Part shown: positions 10,100-22,297 of the stretch, piece after piece
Layout of the letters: every line of letters begins with the position of its first letter
Position numbering within the stretch: position 1 is the first letter of the stretch
Assembly: GCA_000004985.1 (NCBI GenBank)
Contig: GG738855.1
Direction: 5' to 3' (one strand)
Origin: Naegleria gruberi
Lineage: Eukaryota
DNA length: 64,000 nt
Notes under the pieces: generated by a model
Told to the model about the DNA's origin: nothing
What the model saw: the letters and a program-made list of their open reading frames with translations, nothing else
Databases searched by the model: none
Translations under genes and position numbers: made by a program

Positions 10100-11593
10100 T
10101 TATCGTTTTATTGGCTCTGTTAAAAAACTACCATTGTTAAAACTTCTATTGGATAATGATGGTTTTGGATCGAGTGTTGTAAAACTCCTAGAAAGCAGAG
10201 AGGTATTGGTGCCAATTGATTGTTGATTATTGGAGAGTAATAGATTCTTATATTTTTCCATCCACATCTCCTTTTCTTTTCTTTCCCTCTTCAGATTCTC
10301 TTCCAATTCAAATATTTTCAATTTTAGTTGGTCTAAATCATTCGATATGCTAGTATTAAGATTGATTGTTTTGGTAAGAGAACTTAGATTTGTTGGATTG
10401 GTAAGATCTGGTAAGAGTTGTGAGGCTCCTCTAGTTGTTGATGGTTTTGAATCGTCTAGGAGAGAGAATTCACCAAACAAACTTTTGTCATTGGTGCCAC
10501 CAACTCTTGTTAGAGATTCCATTGTATTGACAGGAGTAAGTAAGCTGGCAGTTAATGACTTGGATTTGTTAACAAGTGGAGAGAAAGCAACAGAATTGGC
10601 AGGATTAGAAATGAAACTCTTTTGCTTCATGGATTTTCTGGCGCTTCTTGGTTCTGATCCAGTATAGGATACGTCAAGCAGTATGGATGGTTCATTGTTG
10701 GCAAAACTGGTGTTAGTTTTTGATTCCTCAATCTTTGGTGCCATACTTGTTGGTATTTGGGTGTCGTTTTCTCTTTGGTTGTTGATGGAATTTGATATCT
10801 GTTCTTGTTGAACTAATGTAGGATCTTCTAAAGAGTCTGTAATTTTTACAATATTATCCAGCATGTGTTTATCTTCCTCAAAAAGTGTTCTATCTTCAAC
10901 AATTAAGATTGATGATAAATTCAATTGATTAGTTTCATTGGCTGCTTGATGTTTGCTCGGTATGAATTTAGTTGTAGAAACTTGTGGTGGTCTACTAGTG
11001 TGAATTGGTTGTACATTTCTCGTATCTGGTTTGTAAATGTTGCCTCTATTATTATTGGTGAGTGTTTTCTTTGGAGGAGGATGAATAGAAGGTTGTTGCT
11101 CTGTGGTTGATTTTCTCTTTCTTGATTCTGGAAGTACTCTTCTGGGTGACAATTCAGAAAAGAGCAATTTATGGGTGGTTGGTTTGGTAGAATTACCAGG
11201 AGCATTACTTGTTGATGGATTATTTTGAGTTCTCCTCAATCGTTGATGACTAGAGAATGGAGATGTAATTTGGGCTGATGTTATTGGAGCTTGTTGGGGA
11301 ACTTTTGATGTGCTAATAGAGGTTGGTGTTGTAGATGATGTAGTAGTGGATACTTTTTTCTTTAATCTCCACAATTCTAATTCTTTCCGTCTGGCCATTT
11401 GTTTATCAAGGTCAGAAGATGTAACACTCTTCTTGTTAGCTTTAGTTTGTTGTTGATCGTCAAGAAGAGGTGAGTCGGAGAGTGCTTGAATATTATCATA
11501 TGAAGGTGGAGAGATTTGTCTGAACATTCTGAGTGGTGTTACTACTCGGTCAGATAATTCTCCACTGCTGTTATTACTCTTGTTAAAACTCAT
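10100..11593 (-). CDS. Ser/Thr/Pro-rich low-complexity protein with a C-terminal coiled coil (hypothetical)
   Basis: 497-codon ATG ORF. No catalytic motifs. The C-terminal heptad-like segment is LDQLKLKIFELEENLKRERKEKEMWMEKYKNLL. Confidence 0.5.
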   Translation of the reverse strand: MSFNKSNNSSGELSDRVVTPLRMFRQISPPSYDNIQALSDSPLLDDQQQTKANKKSVTSSDLDKQMARRKELELWRLKKKVSTTTSSTTPTSISTSKVPQQAPITSAQITSPFSSHQRLRRTQNNPSTSNAPGNSTKPTTHKLLFSELSPRRVLPESRKRKSTTEQQPSIHPPPKKTLTNNNRGNIYKPDTRNVQPIHTSRPPQVSTTKFIPSKHQAANETNQLNLSSILIVEDRTLFEEDKHMLDNIVKITDSLEDPTLVQQEQISNSINNQRENDTQIPTSMAPKIEESKTNTSFANNEPSILLDVSYTGSEPRSARKSMKQKSFISNPANSVAFSPLVNKSKSLTASLLTPVNTMESLTRVGGTNDKSLFGEFSLLDDSKPSTTRGASQLLPDLTNPTNLSSLTKTINLNTSISNDLDQLKLKIFELEENLKRERKEKEMWMEKYKNLLLSNNQQSIGTNTSLLSRSFTTLDPKPSLSNRSFNNGSFLTEPIKR

Positions 11594-11784
11594 GACAATG
11601 TGTGATGCTGATGATGGAGGAAATGATTGCTCCTCCTTTGTTTTATTTTTTTTGTGTTGAAAATTTGAACGGTTTTTGGCGGGAATATTTTATGTTATTT
11701 TTGTAAATTTATTGTTAATTTTAATTGTTAATGTGCCATGTTAATATTTATGAAAACATTTTATTATTATGATGAACAAGTTTT

Positions 11785-14748
11785 CTATTGTTCTTCTTGT
11801 TTTGACACTTTGGCCATTCTCTTACTTTCCAATTCAGCTAGCCATGGAGCTTTTTGTTGTTGAGTAGCAGTGGTGTTATTGCCTTGTGGAATGGGTGGAG
11901 CTTCTCTTCTTATTAGAGTCTTTTTTCTTTCCTCAATGGTTTGTTGAAAGTCAGAGGTTCTTCTTGCTATTTGATTTCCCATAAACTCTTCAGGATTGGC
12001 AGGTGAGTTTTCTCCACTATTTGCCTGTTCGAAGGCGGATAAGGATTGTCTATTCTTGTTGAGGAATGGTGAAGTCTTTGTATGTTGATCATTTTGCAAG
12101 GATAACCTATTGCTTGGTGGCATCATTTCCCCAGCAGAAGCAATCTCAGATAGAGATGAGTGAATATTCTTCACTTTGTCCTCTGAGGAGAGATTATTCT
12201 TTGAGTTGGATGGTGATTGCTTCTTACCATTAAATATTTTGAGATCCATATTGAGAGCTTTGAGAGGGTTGAATCCTCTAGCTGAACGAGGTGATTTCAA
12301 AGATGAACCATCCTCTGAAATTGTGGAAAGGTCACTAATTGATGTAGATCTAGACATTCTGTTTCCATCAACCATTTGGCTTGACGCAGTATCGGCTGTA
12401 TCACTTGAAGCTGTTGTCTTACTATCATCACAACTTGCATCATCATCCAATGCTAGGGATCCAAATGTTATTTCATCCTCTGGAACAATATCACGTACAA
12501 CTGCATCCTTCTTTGGAATTTTGATTGTAACCTTGTCTCTTTGTGAATAGCACATATAGTATTCACTATTTTCAAAATCAATAATATACACATTTTGTTC
12601 ATTGAAAATTTTCTTAACTCTTGTATGAACTAGTTTGTTGGCTCTGAGCTCTTTGACTGGGCCTGCATTACAGCTTGTATTCTGGGATAGTTTGTCTATC
12701 CATTCATTACAAGCAATTGCTGTTGGACATGTAATTAAGTAGGTTACATCTTCTGTGACAATCTCGAAACTTTGTTTGTCATAGTCCAAGTCGAAATAAA
12801 TCCATGGATATTTGAAATATTCTACATTCATCTCATTCTTGAAATTAATGTGACACGAATATTTACCCTTCTTTGCGATTAAAACCATGTCATTCAAAAG
12901 AATGAGGGTTCTCTTATCTCCCTTCTTGATCTTTCTTCCCAATACAATTTCAGAAACAAGGAAATCTTCACCTTCCATAACAAAACATCTACTAGGTTTG
13001 ATAATACTTCCACCAATGTTTTCGTGAAGTTTTCCAATTGTTGTATCAATTTCATTCATCTTCATTTGATTTTGAACAACATTCATGGCACTATTGACGT
13101 GAGAGCTGACTTGTTTTGATAATTCTAGTGCTTCATTAATATTCTTGAAATCGTAATGAGTTTCTGGTGTATGCTTCAATAGCTCATTCAAAAGGAGAGT
13201 ATATCTCGGTAAACGTTGGACTGGCTGAATCATGTAGGAAAAGAAACCAACTTTACCCTGTTTTCTAGCATTTCTTTCCATTTCGTTCATATAGCTATCA
13301 AAACCAGGGTTTTCCTTCATCATGTCTTTAACTTTGCTTGCAATGTTATTGTAATTATTCACATAATCTGTATACACTTTGAACATTGGCATGGTTCTTT
13401 TAAAGAAGAGACCAATGGATTTGCTGGTGTCATCTTGTGTTTCAAAAGTAACATCAAGAGTTTTCCATTGTTTTAAAAATCCTTCATTGACACTCTTAAT
13501 AACTGTCATTTTGTCAAATATGAAACTCAAATCTTTCTGAGTAATAATTTGTTTAGAACCAGAAACTTGTGTAGCATTTCCCAAAGCTCTTAAAGGTTTA
13601 ATATAGAACCTTTCCAAATGATTCATTCCTTCAACATAATTCTCCTCGGTTTTAGAAATTTCCGCAATAACTTCCCATCTCAATTCCCTTCTTTCAATTT
13701 CCTTTTCCTCTGCTGTTTTAATTTTCTTTTGCGGAATTGGAGGTGGTGCCGATTTACCAGATCTATTAAAAGACTTGATGGAACCTTCTTCTTCCTCTTC
13801 TTCTTCCTCGTCATCTGATTCATCACAAGTTGACAACTTTTCACTGTGAGCTGAAGATGGAGGATTATTTGGTTCCTCTTGTGTTGGAGTCAAGACACGA
13901 TCCAGATCCAATTTGAAGGCATGTGTAGATTTTGTAGCAATGTCATTTTCATCATCCTTCTTCTCTTCACTTTTTGGTTCACTGGTAGGAGTGCTGACAG
14001 GTGTTGTTGCAGAACTAGTGGTGGGTTCAGTAGGTTTTGGAGGTGGAATTTTGTGCAAAATAGTCAGCACTTGTGGTGATTGTGCCTTTTCTTTGGATTT
14101 ACCATTACTGAATAGCTTACTTCCAATATTGAGAGTGGATTTTACGAATGAGCTCGTACTATTATTGCTGTTATTGCTAATTCCCTTTCCAACATTTATG
14201 GAGAGAGAAGAACCAGAAGTGACATCATCAACTTGACCACCAACCGATGATCGACCACCTCCAGAAAGATTATTATTACCACCAACCACTGAAGCAAACT
14301 GAATAACACCACCTGTTGAACGCTCAGAAGGGCTATTCACTGATGCAATGGTCTTTGATCGTACAGTAGGTCGTGGAGGAAGAGGAGGTGGTGGTTTTCT
14401 AGAACCACCAGGAGATGAAGGTGAATTATTTCCTCCTGCTACATTGTTTGTGGTGGGAGAGGAAGAAGCCGATGACGGTGAAGAGTTTGTATTTTTGTTG
14501 TTGTTGAGAGAATTGATGAGTGCCGTTGGAGGTGATGCATTGGGACGAAGTGTATAGGATCGAGAGGAGGATGTTGTTGTTGTTGTTCTGCTATTGTTGG
14601 TTGTAGCGATGGTTGGAGAGTCAGTAACGGTATTTGTTGTTATTGTTTCACTATTATTATTTACCAGTGGTGTTGTTGTTGTTGTTGTGATGAAAGAAGA
14701 TCGAGGAGGTTTTGGTGGAGGTACTGGAAGTTGTTTTGTTGAAGACAT
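11785..14748 (-). CDS. RhoGEF with DH and PH domains, flanked by long Ser/Thr/Asn/Pro-rich low-complexity regions
   Basis: DH domain signatures (IERRELRWEVIAEISKTEENYVEGMNHLERFYIKPL; FFSYMIQPVQRLPRYTLLLNELLKHTP) followed by a PH-like region. Confidence 0.85.
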   Translation of the reverse strand: MSSTKQLPVPPPKPPRSSFITTTTTTPLVNNNSETITTNTVTDSPTIATTNNSRTTTTTSSSRSYTLRPNASPPTALINSLNNNKNTNSSPSSASSSPTTNNVAGGNNSPSSPGGSRKPPPPLPPRPTVRSKTIASVNSPSERSTGGVIQFASVVGGNNNLSGGGRSSVGGQVDDVTSGSSLSINVGKGISNNSNNSTSSFVKSTLNIGSKLFSNGKSKEKAQSPQVLTILHKIPPPKPTEPTTSSATTPVSTPTSEPKSEEKKDDENDIATKSTHAFKLDLDRVLTPTQEEPNNPPSSAHSEKLSTCDESDDEEEEEEEEGSIKSFNRSGKSAPPPIPQKKIKTAEEKEIERRELRWEVIAEISKTEENYVEGMNHLERFYIKPLRALGNATQVSGSKQIITQKDLSFIFDKMTVIKSVNEGFLKQWKTLDVTFETQDDTSKSIGLFFKRTMPMFKVYTDYVNNYNNIASKVKDMMKENPGFDSYMNEMERNARKQGKVGFFSYMIQPVQRLPRYTLLLNELLKHTPETHYDFKNINEALELSKQVSSHVNSAMNVVQNQMKMNEIDTTIGKLHENIGGSIIKPSRCFVMEGEDFLVSEIVLGRKIKKGDKRTLILLNDMVLIAKKGKYSCHINFKNEMNVEYFKYPWIYFDLDYDKQSFEIVTEDVTYLITCPTAIACNEWIDKLSQNTSCNAGPVKELRANKLVHTRVKKIFNEQNVYIIDFENSEYYMCYSQRDKVTIKIPKKDAVVRDIVPEDEITFGSLALDDDASCDDSKTTASSDTADTASSQMVDGNRMSRSTSISDLSTISEDGSSLKSPRSARGFNPLKALNMDLKIFNGKKQSPSNSKNNLSSEDKVKNIHSSLSEIASAGEMMPPSNRLSLQNDQHTKTSPFLNKNRQSLSAFEQANSGENSPANPEEFMGNQIARRTSDFQQTIEERKKTLIRREAPPIPQGNNTTATQQQKAPWLAELESKRMAKVSKQEEQ

Positions 14749-15090
14749 TTGTGTGTTTATTCTCTATGTAACAGGCTAATAAAATTGAAGTTGTGTTGTT
14801 GGTGAGCTCCTCACCCGTTGTACAGATCAGTGTGATTTTTTGTTTTTTTTTGTTTCCCTTTTTCAATTGACATTTGACTGAAAAGTATGAGGATGTTTGA
14901 GTTATGGCATTTCAATGGCAAGCTTTATTATCGCCAATGATACTGCTATGAGTGTTGATCAAATTTTTACTTAAGGTATTATCATTCCATCTTTTTGCTG
15001 AAACAATATGGTTTGGCCAGATCTATATGACGAGTTCACAACTTGAGCCTTTTCAATTCAGGGATTGAATGTTTGATTTAAAATTAAAAA

Positions 15091-15954
15091 ATGAAACAAC
15101 AAACAGATCACCAATTAATTCCCTTGCTCGAACTGTTGGGTCTAAAGGTTGATCTTGCTCCTCTTGCAATGCATACAAAACCAATATTATCGAAACTAGT
15201 GACAAATTCCGATATTATGAAAGCTGTTTCAAAGATAAATTCGTTCGGAAATGATGAATTCTCTACTAGATCTCCACTCTTTTCCATTTGCTTTAAAAGT
15301 GTAAAAACATTTGAACCCACCTCAAACCACTTCACTAGACCAAAAGAAACGATTCAGGAGAATATTTTGAACAAGTACGTTCAGATAATCGATGTGGATG
15401 CACAGAGGAAACAAGTCTATTTCAAAATTAAAACTGGAATTGAGAAGAATGACGGAACTGGATTATTTGAGAGATATGTAATTATTGGAAAATTCGATTC
15501 TACTAATTATGGATTCATATTTGATATGAGTAATTACACTTCTTCTCCTCCAAAGTCAATTGAGAAAATGTATAAAGACAACACTCCAAATAATTATAAG
15601 AAGAAGTGTAAAGCCTCTCAAAGTGGAGGAGGAACCAAATATCAAGACAATAAGGATATTGGTATAAAAAGAATTGGGTATTCTGGTTTCGTTATTAGTA
15701 ATACAGATCACAAGCTCAGGCTAAAGAGAGACACAAGATGTAGGAGGGATGTTACATCAGAACGCAATATTCCTCTATCATTGACAACACCTGTCAACAA
15801 AACATACGGATTATATTTTACTTCAACTAAATATTATAGTGGAAAGTTTGATATTGGCTTTTACAACTTTGAAACTACAAGGAGAGGTACATATGAAACT
15901 GGAACAACTTTTAATTATTACACAACAGAATTGACTCAGGATATTTCCACTTAA
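15091..15954 (+). CDS. Hypothetical protein (287 aa)
   Basis: Long ATG ORF with an AAAAAAATG context, divergent from the RhoGEF gene. No recognizable domain. Confidence 0.4.
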   Translation: MKQQTDHQLIPLLELLGLKVDLAPLAMHTKPILSKLVTNSDIMKAVSKINSFGNDEFSTRSPLFSICFKSVKTFEPTSNHFTRPKETIQENILNKYVQIIDVDAQRKQVYFKIKTGIEKNDGTGLFERYVIIGKFDSTNYGFIFDMSNYTSSPPKSIEKMYKDNTPNNYKKKCKASQSGGGTKYQDNKDIGIKRIGYSGFVISNTDHKLRLKRDTRCRRDVTSERNIPLSLTTPVNKTYGLYFTSTKYYSGKFDIGFYNFETTRRGTYETGTTFNYYTTELTQDIST

Positions 15955-16086
15955 ACTTCTTGTTTGAGAATTGACAAAAATTGTAGTTTTTTTGGCGCCA
16001 ATTGAGTAGATTGTGAACCGCCTTAACAAAGTTTATCAAATAATAACTTTAAAAAAAACAAATCAACTCAATCACAGTGCAATAAA

Positions 16087-17395
16087 ATGGATTTTCTCTT
16101 TAAAAAGCCTTCAACAGAGTAAGTTTCAAAAAGCCTGTCTGTCTAATGACAATATTAAAGCAACACTGAATCCGAAACTCAACAAGGTGATAACTCATTT
16201 ACATTCAAGTTTTCAAGGTTAGTCATAATGTAGTACTTTTTATAATTATTCATCAATAATTAGCAGTGGAGGAAATGATACTGGAAATGTGTTTAGCTTC
16301 CTTGATAGAGGAAATGGTTCACCTCCAGCCCAAGTAGGATCGTCATCTTCATCAAACAACAATGCTGGCAGCTTTAGTTTTCTTTTCAAGGATTCTGCCC
16401 AGCCTTCAACAACCTTTACCCCAAGTCAATCAGAATCTTCTTCAGTTAACACTTCTGGTTCCTTTCCATTCCATACAGAATCTCCACCCAATAAGAATAT
16501 TAGAATTGGTACTAATCAACCTTCCGCTCAGTCTTCGTTGTTTGGTGTATCATCACTTACTCCAGCTAAGAGACCTTCCAGCGATATAGAATCCTCAGCA
16601 GATCAACCACTAACCTCAAGAGAGCAAGCAGGTGCTATTGAGAAGGACTTTAATAGCTCTCTTTTGAAGAGTCCTCCAAGCTTACAACCTCTTTCAAAAA
16701 AGATCAAACAATCTCCTCTCCAACCTGAATCATTTGCCAATAAGGAAAACGTCAAACCTTTGAGTGATGAAGGTAGTGCTCAAACAGGTGGCACCTCTCT
16801 TCCATTTTCTCCTAAAAAGTTTTCTCTCAGTACTGCTTCACCAATTAAGGCTTCACCACAAAAATCAAATAGTGCAGAGTTTTCAACTCCCAAGAAGCCA
16901 CTCCAACCAGTTAATAGCAACAGGATGACACCACCTCCAAGCTTTCAGTTAATGAAATCACCAGCAACTTCTTCAATGCAACAAACTCCCACCAAAGCCA
17001 ATCCCTCCACAACTCATGTTAATACTCCAAGACCTCCTCTCAATGTTAATCATCAACTCACCTCCTCAACTCTCTTACCAAGAGTGGAAGAAGATAATCT
17101 TCAACAATCATTCGAAAGAACTGAAAGATTCATTTCAAAGCACAGATCAGACCTCGATGAAATGAAAGAGGTTGAGCAACAATTAGAAGGAGTCAAGAGA
17201 AAAGACACAGAGCTTTGTAAGACTATGGACGAGATTAACACCAAGATGAACGAGCACTCTGACACACTCAAGACACTTACTCTCAGGGTAACATTATTGA
17301 CCAATAAGATGCTCATGACGCAATGTCCAATTATTAATGAAAAGGTAGAGCAAATTCACTCCAAGTATGCCCATTTGATCAATAAGACTCTTTAA
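16087..17395 (+). CDS. Ser/Thr-rich protein with FxF/FG-like motifs and a C-terminal coiled coil; possible FG-nucleoporin (Nup62/Nsp1-type architecture). Exons 16087..16118 and 16264..17395, GTAAGT intron.
   Basis: A short ATG exon (MDFLFKKPST) splices in frame to the long ORF. Motifs MDFLF, VFSFL, SFSFLFK, SFPF, SLFGV, then a heptad coiled coil (EMKEVEQQLEGVKRKDTELCKTMDEINTKMNE). Confidence 0.4.
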
Positions 17396-17453
17396 ATTCA
17401 TCATCATTTCAATAATATTTATCACAATACTGTACAATAAAATCAACACAAGC

Positions 17454-19491
17454 TTAGTAACCCAACTCAACCACTGCTTTCAGACCAGCAAGTTTCAAAA
17501 GTGCGGTAAATATACCCATAATACCCTCTCCTGCAATTAAACCACTAGAAACTGCAAAGAAATACTTGCTATTAGTTTCTGGCCAACGTTGCTTCCAAAC
17601 GGTGAACAACAAGGCACCAATAAACATGGTAATTGATTGCTTTGGAGGAACAATCATACCAATACCAAAGGCAAGTGCAGATGGAATGTATTGAGCCTTT
17701 TCAGGTTTCAATATGTGTACAACCTTATAGAAAACAGTCAGAAGAATACCAAAAACAACACCACCAATTATACCATAAACACTATTAGCTGGCAATCCAT
17801 TAGTACCCTTACTCAAAACATCTGCAACAGCCTTCCAAGCATGAGCAGCAGGTGCAGGGAATGAAGCTGATCCAATATCATAGGCTGCATCATAGAGTTT
17901 GTAAATTGGTACACAAGTAATGATACCAACAAAAATACCAATTATTTGAGCAAAGAATTGTTTTCTTGGAGCAACACCAATCAAATAACCAGCCTTCAAA
18001 TCGTGCATCATGTCACCAGCTTGGGAAGCACCAGCTGAAATAATACCAGCACTCAATACGTTGGTAGTAATTTGCTTTGGAGCAACACCAGCAAAAACAA
18101 ATTGAGCAACCTTACCCATACCACCAACAGGATTGATATCTGTTTCACCTGTAGCTCTTGTTGCAACAATTGACAAGACACCACTGAGAGGAATTGCCAA
18201 CAAGATAAAGTACCATTTCAATTCAAACATAAAGTGACCAATCAGAATTAGTAAAACTGATGAGATACAAATACCAATCAAACAATACCACCAAGGAATG
18301 AGATGACTATCCAATTCATACTGTTCATGTTCCAAAATCACTCTTTCACCGAAATGTCTTTGTGTAGATCTTCCAGAACCACGAATTGCAACTCTCTTCA
18401 CTAAACCAACTAACCCCTGCCAAATAATCTTGGTAAGGAACAATAATTGAACAAATGAATCGGCTGTCATGATAGAAACACCAACCCATAAAACCCAACC
18501 TCGGGCACCACTAAAAGACATTGGTGCACCCTTAGTCCAACCATAGGCATCAACAATTGGAGCTAGAACACCCCAGCCGACAATAGCTCCCAAAAGTAAA
18601 CTACCTGTCGATCTAGGACCACTTAGCATACCACCACCAATCATTAAAGGATCCAAATAGAGGGAAAATCCAAATTCGTGTAAAACTCTTGGCATTGGTG
18701 GTTCGGCAATTGGTGGAACAAGGAAAATTAAGAGAGAATAAAATGCAGAAAATAAACCCCAAAATACAAGCATTCTTGCCTTTTTGACAGTTTCATATCC
18801 TTGAGCAAACATGGATTTGATAGTAGCAGCAGTGGCAGTACCGGTTGGGAATCTCAATTTTTCTGTTACAATAAGATGTTTTCTCAATGGAACTGCAAAG
18901 TATCTATTATATATTGATATAATGTTGTAAATTCCTCAAATATTCCAAAACTTACACTCCAAAAAAGGCGACACTCAATGCCCATAAATACAACTCTCCA
19001 ACATTATAATTTGTACCATTCAATTTCAGTGCAGGAATCGAGCTCACTAAACCTGCAGTAGATGCCATAGTACCAGCACTAGAGGCTGCAGTAGTGGTTA
19101 TAATTGTTTCATATTTAGTGAATGGACGAGATGGTTTAATCAACTTGAAAACACCGATACTCAAAATGGATGCAAAAATACTTCCTATATAATTTTCATT
19201 TCAACAATGGGATTGTAAGAATAAGTTATTAATTTCCTTGAAAAATAACGAAAACTAACCTCCCTGAGTCCAACCAGTTCTCAATCCAAAATTAACATTC
19301 ATGGCGCCAACTAGAATTCCGATCAGTGCACCAACAATAATAGAACGAAAGGTAAATTCACCTCTCTCCTTAAATCTTCCAATTTCAGTAGTATCATTTT
19401 CATCGAATTCTTCTTCATCATCATCGTCAACATCCTGGGTGGCTACTCTTTTTCGGAGTGTATCTAAACCAGCCTCATTCTCATCATCCAT
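17454..19491 (-). CDS. OPT-superfamily oligopeptide/metal-chelate transporter, 3 exons: 19260..19491, 18956..19184, 17454..18903
   Basis: Polytopic protein with OPT-like motifs (FGLRTGWTQGG, ATRATGETDINPVGGMGKVAQFVFAGVAP, AGDMMHDLKAGYLIG). Introns GTTAGT...TAG (75 nt) and GTAAGT...TAG (52 nt) join in frame. The acidic N-terminus is MDDENE. Confidence 0.7.
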
Positions 19492-19696
19492 TCTTTCATG
19501 TTCCTCAAATGGATCTCCACCATCTTTTCATCCAATGGAAAAATATTATCCATATCCATTATAATCACAAAGAAGAATAAGAAAAATTATAATCATCAAC
19601 AAGTAAATAAAAAGAAAAAAGAAATAATAATAATATACAGAAGGATGAATGTGATGAATAAAAATGATTGTTGTTGTCGAAATAAATGATTTAAAA

Positions 19697-19855
19697 CTAA
19701 CTTTTCAATAGAGAATCGTCATCGTTGGCTGTTGTTTCATCATCATCCATGAGAACGTATCCGAGTTTGTTGTTTGATGTTGTTTGTGGTTTGATCACCT
19801 CTCCACCATTACCTTCCTGATGAAACGCCGAGTCGACTCTGGCGTCTTCTGACAT
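19697..19855 (-). CDS. Small acidic ORF (52 aa from ATG); uncertain
   Basis: ATG in an AAAAAAAAATG context. Not an OPT exon: there is an in-frame stop upstream of the OPT ATG. Confidence 0.2.
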   Translation of the reverse strand: MSEDARVDSAFHQEGNGGEVIKPQTTSNNKLGYVLMDDDETTANDDDSLLKS

Positions 19856-20072
19856 TTTTTTTTGAATGACCTTTGACAGCCAAATCATAATTGTAATTTC
19901 AACTTTCTGGACTTTTTAAGTTCACTTGTTTTGATGACAGATTTTTCAATAATATCTTGTTTGAATAGTATCTTGGTATTTACATAGATTATGAGAATCA
20001 GAAAATTGTAAACATTCTTTGAAATTATTTGAGAATAGTCTGGAATATTTTATTCTTTAAATAATAAATAAT

Positions 20073-21852
20073 TTATTGCTCTGTATTATTGGTAGAAATA
20101 TTTTCTTGGCTTGACAAATCATTCAAGCTCTTTTCGTGAGTCATTCTTTTGTAGTTTGGCTTTGCAATAACTGCAAAAAAGACAGAGCAAAGGAACATTG
20201 ACATACAGAACCACATACTGTTTTGCATGGAAATCACAACAGTTTGTCCAGTCTTGGAATCAACAGCAGTCTGCTTTAAGGCTTCACAAATAAAGATGAA
20301 AATGCCAGAAAACATGGTTCCACATCCAAACATTAAACTCGAACTGAATGATTCTGGTACTGGGAAGGTTAGCTCACTTGCCATTTCGAGTAAAATTGGT
20401 ACTAGTGGAATGGCGAAAAATCCAAAGAAACAAATTGCAACCATGGCCATAATGAAATGGGCATCAGTTCTTTGATACATGTTATTCACTGAAAACCAGA
20501 TGTAGAAGCCAGTGGCACTAACACCAGCAATAAGGAGAACTGTTTTGTATCTCTTTGTAATGTCAGCAATAACTCCAAAGACAACTGCTCCAAATAATCC
20601 TGTCACAACAATAGAAGATCCAATAAAAGCAACATCTGTTACACTGTATCCGATAGCTGTTGCAATAGAGTTCAATTCAGTAAGGAAGGCGTTAACAGAT
20701 CCAATACCAAATGCAAAGGCTAACAGTATGCATAAAAATGGGAAATTAGTGAGGATGGCCTTTGTGTCATGAATGAAAGATGTCTCCTGAACTTTCTCCT
20801 CCCTTTTATATGGAGGTGTAGGAGGTTTCTCTCTAAAGAATATAACAGTAACAAGTAAAAGCACACTTGAAATACCAGCCTGGAGTGTCAATAATTCAAT
20901 CATACCTGTATCGTTATTATAATTTGCATCACCAGCTAAGGCTACTGCAATACCAAAGCAAGCACCAGTTCCCAATATATTACAAAATGATGAAATTGTG
21001 GTTGCAATAGTTCTCTGCTTTGGAGGAAACCAAGTTTTAGAAATTAGAGTTGAAGTGTTACTAAATTTGTCTTTAGGATTTTCAACAAGTATTCCAAAAA
21101 CTTACACAATAAATGGAGGTGACATACTTCCAATTACACACCCTGCAAACCCAATCCAAAAGAATGTCTCATCACCAGATTTGAAACCAGCAAACTAAAA
21201 TAATTGAAAGGACCATCCAGAATTAGATTAAATGAAAATTTTCCTTCTCCTTACCTTAATCCAAGCAGCAATAAATCTAGAGTACAATGATCGGAAGTTT
21301 AAAACAATCCACTCAATAGAATCTTTAAAAAACAATGAAGAAACCTACGCTGCAATGGATCCTATGAAGAGGGAAAAGCGAAGGCCTTTCCTCTTGAGAA
21401 CAAAAGCTGCAAGACAACTGAACGGAAAATTGAGAAGTAAATAGACAGTAGAAGTCATTACAACTTTCCAACCATCAGTCGGTTTCATCTTATAATATGC
21501 AAGCACTGATGATGTTATGGATGTGTAAATGGTCTGATAAAAGGAGGCCATAAATCCTATATTACCAACAGCGTAATCAATGATTATTTAAATGTATTTC
21601 CATGGCACAGTAGCATGATTATAATTTAAAATATGAATAATTCCTCATACCTTGTGATGATTGAATAATCAGAATCAACCATCTGTATTTGTACAATTTA
21701 GGTTCTAATATTTCTTGATCATTTGCTTCCTGAATATTTGAGTGATTATTATTAATTATCAGTTTGGTTCTTTCCGAAATTTCTGGTTGTTGATCAGGAT
21801 CTCCAAACACATCGGAGGAGGTGTTGATGGGCTGAATAAGCTTACCACTCAT
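20073..21852 (-). CDS. Major facilitator superfamily transporter, 5 exons: 21651..21852, 21349..21556, 21255..21276, 21106..21194, 20073..21060
   Basis: MFS motif A (VLKRKGLRFSLFIGS), 12-TM-like hydrophobic periodicity. Introns of 94, 72, 60 and 45 nt with GTATGA/GTAGGT/GTAAGG/GTAAGT donors, all frame-preserving, including a 22-nt micro-exon. Confidence 0.75.
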
Positions 21853-22297
21853 CACAACAATTTTTCAAGAATTGATTTATGCAACTCCTATTAGCTTTGA
21901 GAAATCAATGTTTTGTTGTAAAATGAACGTTCATTGAACATTGAATGGATCCTCTCGGAGAGTGCCAATGTAACATGATACATTGGAATCTAATATCTGC
22001 TCAAATTTGGAGCATTGGATCAATTGTTTCTAATAGGTCTTTTCGTGATGGAGTTAGGTATTACATGGTATTAGATGGTATTGCAATATTTTTGTAAACC
22101 AATGGGATAATCAAATAATTGCATTAGTCTACACACATGACCAAATAACCATTCGTTATTATCTCACATTCGTTTTTTTTCCGCCTAACAAAAAAAAACG
22201 CAGTTGACCTATCATACATAATGCTCGTGACAATCAGTTATCAACAACTAAACCTTTAGACAGCCATTGAAACAACATACACAATAATATCATCACA

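Noticed and set aside
19492-19900. Small ORF 19697..19888 as an upstream exon of the OPT transporter
   Set aside because: There is an in-frame TGA immediately upstream of the OPT ATG at 19491. The small ORF has no donor site joining it in frame, so it is kept only as a low-confidence independent ORF.
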